A stretch of 64,000 bases of DNA from contig JBDGYA010000004.1 of assembly GCA_039584325.1 (NCBI GenBank), forward strand, positions 17,669-81,668. Direction: 5' to 3'. The DNA comes from Gemmatimonadota bacterium. GTDB taxonomy: Bacteria; Gemmatimonadota; Gemmatimonadetes; Gemmatimonadales; GWC2-71-9. A program made the translations under genes and the position numbers. Positions 58,867 through 64,000 of the stretch are shown one piece after another (positions within the stretch are counted from its first letter, which is position 1; each line of letters opens with the position of its first letter). The notes below the pieces were generated by a model. It did not search any database, had not been told where the DNA came from, and worked only from the letters and a program-made list of their open reading frames with translations.

Positions 58867-60966
58867 TTACCTGGCGTTCTCTTCCTCCAGCTCCTTTGCC
58901 CGCTGCTCGCGGACCTTCTCCGCGGCGTCGGGCGGAACTTCCTGGTAGCTCGAAAACGACCACCGGAAGCTTCCGCGACCGTGGGTCATCGAGTGCAGGT
59001 GCGTGGCGTACCGGTACATCTCGGCTTCCGGTACATACGCCTTCACTTTCGTGAGTCGCCCACCTGCCTCGCTCCCGAGGATCTGTCCGCGCCGCGAGGA
59101 GAGATCGCCCATCACCTCGCCGAGATTCTCATCCGGCGTCCAGACTTCGATGTCGAGAATCGGCTCGAGCAGGATCGGCTTGGCTTTCGGGGCCACGTTC
59201 CGGAAGGCGAGGATGCCCGCCATCTTGAACGACTGCTCCGAGCTGTCAACGTCGTGGTACGAACCGTCGTAGCACTCGACCTTGAAGTCCACGACCGGGT
59301 ATCCCGCGGTCACGCCGCGTGCGGCGGCCTCCCGCACCCCCTTGTCCACCGCTGGGACGTACTTGCTGGGGATCACGCCGCCCTTGATCTGGTCCGCGAA
59401 CACGTATCCCTCGCCCCGCGGCAGCGGCGAGATCCGGATCCAGCAGTCACCGAACTGTCCCCGGCCCCCAGTCTGTTTCTTGTGGCGTCCCTGACCATCA
59501 CCCTTGCCCTTGAACGTCTCCCGGTACGCGACCTTGGGTTGCCCCAGCTCCGCGTGAACACCGAACTTCCGTTCGAGCCGACCGACGACGATCTCCAGGT
59601 GCCGCTCGCCGCGGCCCCCGATCAGTGTCTGCCTCAGCTCCGCGTTGTATTCGTGCTGGAAGGTCGGATCCTCTTCGTGCAGCTTGTGCAACCCCGTGGA
59701 GAGCTTTTCCTCCTCGCCCCGCTGTTTGACCTCGACCGACAACACGGTGAGCGGCTCCGGGAACGGGATCTTCGGCAGCACGACCGCCAGCCTCGATGTG
59801 GACAGCGTGTCATTCGTGTGCGTGTCCTTCAGCTTGGCCACTACCCCGATGTCGCCGACGTGGAGCCTCGGCACCTCGGTGCGGTCCTTCCCCTGAGCGA
59901 TCGAGAGATGATTGAGCTTCTCGCTCGCGTTGCGGGGGGCGTTGTACACGTCCGCACCGTTGCTGAGACTGCCGGAGTAGATCCGGAAGAACGTCACGTC
60001 GCCGACGTGTGGTTCGGACACCGTCTTGAAAACTTGCACTACCACCGGGTCCCCCTCGCCCGGCGTCAGCTCCACCGGCTCCGCCGAACCCCATTTCTCC
60101 GCGGCTGCCGGGGGGCGTTCCGTCGGTGCGGGGACCAACTCGGTCAATTTCGAGAGGAGTGCACGCGTGCCGTAGGTCAGCGTCGCCGATCCGCAGAGCA
60201 GCGGGCAGATGTCGCCTGATGCCACGCCCTGCTTCATCGCCTCGATGGCTTCCTCCCGCGTGATTTCCTCGCCACCGAGATACCGCTCGAGCAGGACATC
60301 GTTCGTCGTCGCGATCGTCTCCACTAGTTCCTGGGAGTATTGCTCGAACCGCGTCTGGTACTCGTCCGGGATGTCGACTTCGTCGTACTCCCCCGTCTTC
60401 GTGCCCTTCTTGAACAGGTGGCACTTCCGAGAAAAGAGATTGATGATTCCGTGGAAGTCCGGTCCCTCGCCCACCGGGATTTCGATCGGCACGACCTTCG
60501 GGGTCAGGTGCTCCTTGATGTCGGCAAACACCTTCTCGAAATCGGCGTTGTCCTTGTCCAGTTGGGACAGGAAGAAGAGCCGGGGAATGCCGCGGTCCGT
60601 GGCGTATTCCCAAGCCTTCTCGGTCCCGACCTCCACGCCGGATGTGGCACTCACCACGATGAGCGCGGCGTCCGCCGCGGAGATCCCCGCCAGGGCATCG
60701 CCGACGAAGTCGAGGTATCCGGGAGTGTCGATCAGGTTGATCTTGACGCCGTTCCACTCGGCATAGGCGAGGGCGAGGTTGATGGAGTACTGCCGTTCGA
60801 TCTCGTCGGGGGTGTAGTCGGTGAGGGCGGTTCCCTGCTGTACGGATCCATGTCGGGTACTGCTGCCGGCCACGAACGCAAGAGCGTCGACCAATGTCGT
60901 CTTTCCGCTTGCGCCGTGGCCGACGACCGCCACGTTCCGGATCTTATCTCCTGTATAGACCTTCAC
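58867..60966 (-). CDS. elongation factor G paralogue (EF-G2-like translational GTPase)
   Basis: The GTG at 60966 is preceded by AGGAGG with a 7-nt spacer. G1 VVGHGASGKTT and G3 DTPGYLDF. G4 reads SQLD instead of NKxD. EF-G domains II-V follow (e.g. HKKQTGGRGQFG). Confidence 0.9.
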   Translation of the reverse strand: MKVYTGDKIRNVAVVGHGASGKTTLVDALAFVAGSSTRHGSVQQGTALTDYTPDEIERQYSINLALAYAEWNGVKINLIDTPGYLDFVGDALAGISAADAALIVVSATSGVEVGTEKAWEYATDRGIPRLFFLSQLDKDNADFEKVFADIKEHLTPKVVPIEIPVGEGPDFHGIINLFSRKCHLFKKGTKTGEYDEVDIPDEYQTRFEQYSQELVETIATTNDVLLERYLGGEEITREEAIEAMKQGVASGDICPLLCGSATLTYGTRALLSKLTELVPAPTERPPAAAEKWGSAEPVELTPGEGDPVVVQVFKTVSEPHVGDVTFFRIYSGSLSNGADVYNAPRNASEKLNHLSIAQGKDRTEVPRLHVGDIGVVAKLKDTHTNDTLSTSRLAVVLPKIPFPEPLTVLSVEVKQRGEEEKLSTGLHKLHEEDPTFQHEYNAELRQTLIGGRGERHLEIVVGRLERKFGVHAELGQPKVAYRETFKGKGDGQGRHKKQTGGRGQFGDCWIRISPLPRGEGYVFADQIKGGVIPSKYVPAVDKGVREAAARGVTAGYPVVDFKVECYDGSYHDVDSSEQSFKMAGILAFRNVAPKAKPILLEPILDIEVWTPDENLGEVMGDLSSRRGQILGSEAGGRLTKVKAYVPEAEMYRYATHLHSMTHGRGSFRWSFSSYQEVPPDAAEKVREQRAKELEEENAR

Positions 60967-61076
60967 GGTCACACCTCCTCGTACGGGGACCCGGAACATG
61001 CGCCGAGGGGAGGTGACGCCGCAAGGGTACGCGCACGGCCTCGCCCATCCCGGGTCCGAGCCGCTAGTTTGCGACC

Positions 61077-61790
61077 ATGGAACTCGAGAAACGGACCTGT
61101 GTCGTGACCGGGGCCACCGAAGGGATCGGGCGGGCGATAGCCGTCGCCCTGGCGGCCAACGGCGCCCGACTCGCCCTCTGTGCACGAACCGGAGCGGCCG
61201 TCGACGCACTCGCCGGGCAGCTGCGCGAGGACGGAGCAACGGTCGCCGGTGCCTCGTGCGACGTGAGCGATGAGGCTGCCGTCCGGGCATTCGCAACCGT
61301 CGTGCGCGATCGGTTGGGCCCCGTGGACGTACTCGTGAACAACGCCGGGCTCGCGCACTTCGGGCCGGTCGCCGAGATGTCCGTTGAGGACTTCGACGAG
61401 ACGATGGCCGTGAACGTGCGGGGCACGTTTCTCATGACGCGGGCGTTCCTGCCAGACATGCTGGAGCGGCGGGATGGTCACATCATCAACATCGCGAGTC
61501 TGGCGGGCCGTAATCCCGTGCCCCAGGCGGCTGCCTACTCGGCTGCGAAGCACGCCGTGCTCGGGCTCTCGAAGTCCGTATTCGGGGAGGTGCGGAAGCA
61601 GGGGGTCCGCGTGACCGCGATCTGTCCGGGATCCGTCGTCACACCGTTCTTCGAGAAATCCGGCGCCACGATCGAGAACCCCGACGCGAAGCTGCGGCCG
61701 GAGGACATCGCAGAGACCGTGCTGGCCGTGCTTCGGCTGCCGCCGCGGGCGCTGCTGTCGGAGCTGGACATCAGGCCGTCCAACCCCTGA
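61077..61790 (+). CDS. short-chain dehydrogenase/reductase (classical SDR)
   Basis: TGATEGIGRAIA cofactor loop, NNAG, and catalytic YSAAKHAV. Confidence 0.9.
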   Translation: MELEKRTCVVTGATEGIGRAIAVALAANGARLALCARTGAAVDALAGQLREDGATVAGASCDVSDEAAVRAFATVVRDRLGPVDVLVNNAGLAHFGPVAEMSVEDFDETMAVNVRGTFLMTRAFLPDMLERRDGHIINIASLAGRNPVPQAAAYSAAKHAVLGLSKSVFGEVRKQGVRVTAICPGSVVTPFFEKSGATIENPDAKLRPEDIAETVLAVLRLPPRALLSELDIRPSNP

Positions 61791-61796
61791 CGTCGA

Positions 61797-63164
61797 TCAC
61801 TTCACGTAGACCGTCTTGACGTTCACGAACTCGCGGATGCCGAATGCCGCTAGCTCGCGGCCGTAACCGGACTCCTTGATCCCCCCGAAAGGCAGGCGTG
61901 GGTCTGACTTCACGAAGGCGTTCACGAAGCAGGCCCCTGCCTCCAGCTCGTCCCGGGCAATGCGCTCGCCGCGTTCCACATCACGGGTGAACACGGCGGC
62001 GCCCAACCCGAAAGACGAATCATTAGCGATCCGGATGGCATCGCTCTCGTCCTGCGCCCCGATGATCGCCGCCACGGGCCCGAACAGCTCCTCATCGTAC
62101 GCCGGCATGCCGGGACGGACGCCGGCGAGCACCGAGGGCGGATAGAACGCACCTGACCCGTCCGGCACGGTTCCACCGAGCAGGACGCGCGCACCACCGT
62201 CGATCGATCGGACGACCTGCTGGTGGAGCTCGTCCCGCAGGTCGGCGCGTGCCTGCGGCCCGAGATCCACGCCCGGCTGCTTCGGGTCTCCCATGCGTTT
62301 CGTCGCCATCAACTCGACGTACCGACTCTCGAACTCGGCCCGCACCCCGTCGACCACGATGAACCGCTTGGCCGCGATGCAGCTCTGGCCGCTGTTGATG
62401 AGGCGCGAATTCACGCACGTGGCGACGGTCTCCTCCAGATCCGCGTCCTCCAGCACGACGTAGGGATCGCTGCCCCCGAGCTCGAGCACGGTCTTCTTGA
62501 GGTGCGCACCGGCGGCCGATGCGACGGCGCGACCCGCGCGCCCGCTCCCCGTGAGCGTCGCTGCCCGCACTTCCGGCGCCTCCAGGACCGCTCGCACGAG
62601 CTGCGAGCCGATCACGAGCGTTCGGAACAGATGCTCGGGGAATCCCGCCTCCCGGAACACCGACTCGATCGCGAGCGCGCACCCCGTCACGGTCGACGCA
62701 TGCTTCAGCACACCGGCGTTGCCAGCCATGAGCCCAGGTGCCGCGAACCGAAAGACTTGCCAGAATGGGAAGTTCCAGGGCATCACGGCGAGGATCACTC
62801 CAAGCGGACGGTACGCTACGTAGCTTCGCGTCGCGTCCGTCGCAGCGGGCTCGTCGGACAGGAACTCCTCGGCGTGGTCGGCGTAGTACTCACACACCCA
62901 GGCGCACTTCTCGACCTCGGACCGCCCCTGCCCCAGGGGCTTGCCCATCTCCAGTGCCATGAGCCTGGCGAACTCATCCACCCGCCGCCTGAGCACCGCG
63001 GCGGCTTCGCGCATCCGGTCTGTACGGTATGCGAATCCCGTCCGGGACCACGCTTCGAGACTCCGGTGAGCGAGACCGATGATCTCCCGAACTTGGGTAG
63101 CCGACATCTCCTCGTAGCGCTCGATCGTCGCTCCGGTACTGGGGTTGACCGTCTCGATCGCCAT
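61797..63164 (-). CDS. NAD(P)-dependent aldehyde dehydrogenase (succinate-semialdehyde dehydrogenase-like)
   Basis: Starts MAIETVNPSTGATIERYEE. Catalytic LELGGSDP (Glu) and NSGQSCIAAKR (Cys). AAGGAG lies upstream of the ATG at 63164. Confidence 0.9.
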   Translation of the reverse strand: MAIETVNPSTGATIERYEEMSATQVREIIGLAHRSLEAWSRTGFAYRTDRMREAAAVLRRRVDEFARLMALEMGKPLGQGRSEVEKCAWVCEYYADHAEEFLSDEPAATDATRSYVAYRPLGVILAVMPWNFPFWQVFRFAAPGLMAGNAGVLKHASTVTGCALAIESVFREAGFPEHLFRTLVIGSQLVRAVLEAPEVRAATLTGSGRAGRAVASAAGAHLKKTVLELGGSDPYVVLEDADLEETVATCVNSRLINSGQSCIAAKRFIVVDGVRAEFESRYVELMATKRMGDPKQPGVDLGPQARADLRDELHQQVVRSIDGGARVLLGGTVPDGSGAFYPPSVLAGVRPGMPAYDEELFGPVAAIIGAQDESDAIRIANDSSFGLGAAVFTRDVERGERIARDELEAGACFVNAFVKSDPRLPFGGIKESGYGRELAAFGIREFVNVKTVYVK

Positions 63165-63388
63165 CGCTGTTCTCCTTGACCGATCTCCACGGCGCGCGGG
63201 TCCCGGCGCCATGTGGTCGCGTGTGGAGGCCCGTGGCCGCGGGCCTGCAGCACCGTCGAATCCTGACGGGTGGAAACTACCGCTGGGAGCGCAGGGCAGC
63301 GACGAGTCGGCCGTCGTACACCAGGAGCAGGACGGGAACGCCGTGGGTGGTTCACAGGTGGGCGCGGGACTCCGTCACGGTCACGGGT

Positions 63389-63595
63389 CTACTGGGCCTT
63401 GTTGGTCCGGATACGGAAGATCGAGTACGCGGGGCACCAGCCTACGAGGCCGGTGACCAGCGGTAGGAACCCGAGGAACCTGAAGACGGTGCCGAGCGCA
63501 CCCGTCACGAAGCCGCCCCATCCGACACAGAGTAGAGCGATGCCGAGGATCACGCGAAGCACACGATCCCATCCGGCCTCATTGATGAATGACAT
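63389..63595 (-). CDS. DUF2892 (YgaP-like) small membrane protein
   Basis: 68 aa. MSFINEAGWDRVLRVILGIALL...LVGWCPAYSIF is typical of the family. GGAGGAA lies upstream of the ATG at 63595. Confidence 0.75.
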   Translation of the reverse strand: MSFINEAGWDRVLRVILGIALLCVGWGGFVTGALGTVFRFLGFLPLVTGLVGWCPAYSIFRIRTNKAQ

Positions 63596-63796
63596 GAGCG
63601 GTTCCTCCAGTATCGACGGTTGATCTCCAGTTGCCGCCGCCCGTGCGAGCGATCTCATTCGCATCGAGCGTAACACAGGCAAGAACGCGCCGTCCAGTAC
63701 TCCGCTTCCGTGACATCGTCACACATAACCTGCCAGCATCCACCATACCCCCGTCGACCTTGCGGGGCCTGCTCGTGCCAGCCATACTCGGCGACC

Positions 63797-64000
63797 ATGT
63801 CCGCGCCCGTTTCCTCATCCTCGAGGTCCGTCGGGTACGTCCGCCGACTCGGCCTGTTCGACGCCACCATGTTGGTGATCGGCGGAATCGTCGGTGCCGG
63901 CATCTTCCTGAACCCCGCGGTGGTGGCGCAACGGGTACCCACGGCGGCCGTGGCCATCGGCGCGTGGGTGCTCGGGGGTGCCGTGGCGCTTGCGGGAGCC
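63797..64000 (+). CDS. amino acid permease (APC superfamily), N-terminal fragment running off the window
   Basis: From the ATG at 63797 the frame is open to the window end: MSAPVSSSSRSVGYVRRLGLFDATMLVIGGIVGAGIFLNPAVVAQRV..., the APC TM1 signature. It is not in the ORF track because it has no stop in the window. Confidence 0.7.
   Translation, partial: MSAPVSSSSRSVGYVRRLGLFDATMLVIGGIVGAGIFLNPAVVAQRVPTAAVAIGAWVLGGAVALAGA

Noticed and set aside
1-64000. CRISPR arrays, tRNA or rRNA genes, transposases, integrases, phage genes, toxin-antitoxin pairs or known defence-system signatures.
   Set aside because: There is no run of regularly spaced direct repeats. No intergenic segment contains a T-arm (GGTTCGAATCC-like) in tRNA geometry. 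No DDE, tyrosine or serine recombinase and no nuclease/ATPase defence-type ORFs were recognised. Gene content and composition look like core chromosome.

Overview
This is a high-GC (about two-thirds G+C by eye) bacterial chromosomal window, densely packed with about 58 protein-coding genes. Many genes are translationally coupled by 4-nt ATGA/GTGA stop-start overlaps, and many use GTG/TTG starts. A Gemmatimonadota-like lineage is a guess from protein content only. Most of the content is housekeeping or metabolic: leuS, serA plus a class V aminotransferase, an NAD-salvage pair, gyrA, thyA-folA, selD, an RNase HI-like gene, dCMP deaminase, an EF-G paralogue, an ECF sigma/anti-sigma/PDZ module, peptidases, amidohydrolases and transporters. 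I recognised no rRNA, tRNA, CRISPR array, transposase, integrase, phage gene or known defence system. The most interesting items are: (1) an operon of two D-Ala-D-Ala-ligase-like ATP-grasp enzymes, a GNAT and a lysine 2,3-aminomutase-family radical SAM enzyme (55043-58812), which I read as a candidate pathway for a beta-lysine conjugate; (2) selD interrupted by an in-frame UGA at the catalytic Cys position with a hairpin just downstream, i.e. a selenocysteine-containing SelD that the ORF track splits in two; (3) an RNase HI homologue immediately downstream in which two of the four catalytic carboxylates appear replaced; (4) a geranylgeranyl-reductase / squalene-synthase / FAD-oxidase cluster; (5) a sigma70-like promoter followed directly by a terminator-shaped hairpin in the gyrA leader, next to a roughly 580-bp region with no confident gene; (6) several AT-rich intergenic palindromes, including a 78-nt hairpin between convergent genes. 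CDS boundaries are anchored on the supplied ORF track. Starts were trimmed where the longest ORF ran into the upstream gene. Short motifs were counted by hand and may be off by 1-2 nt.
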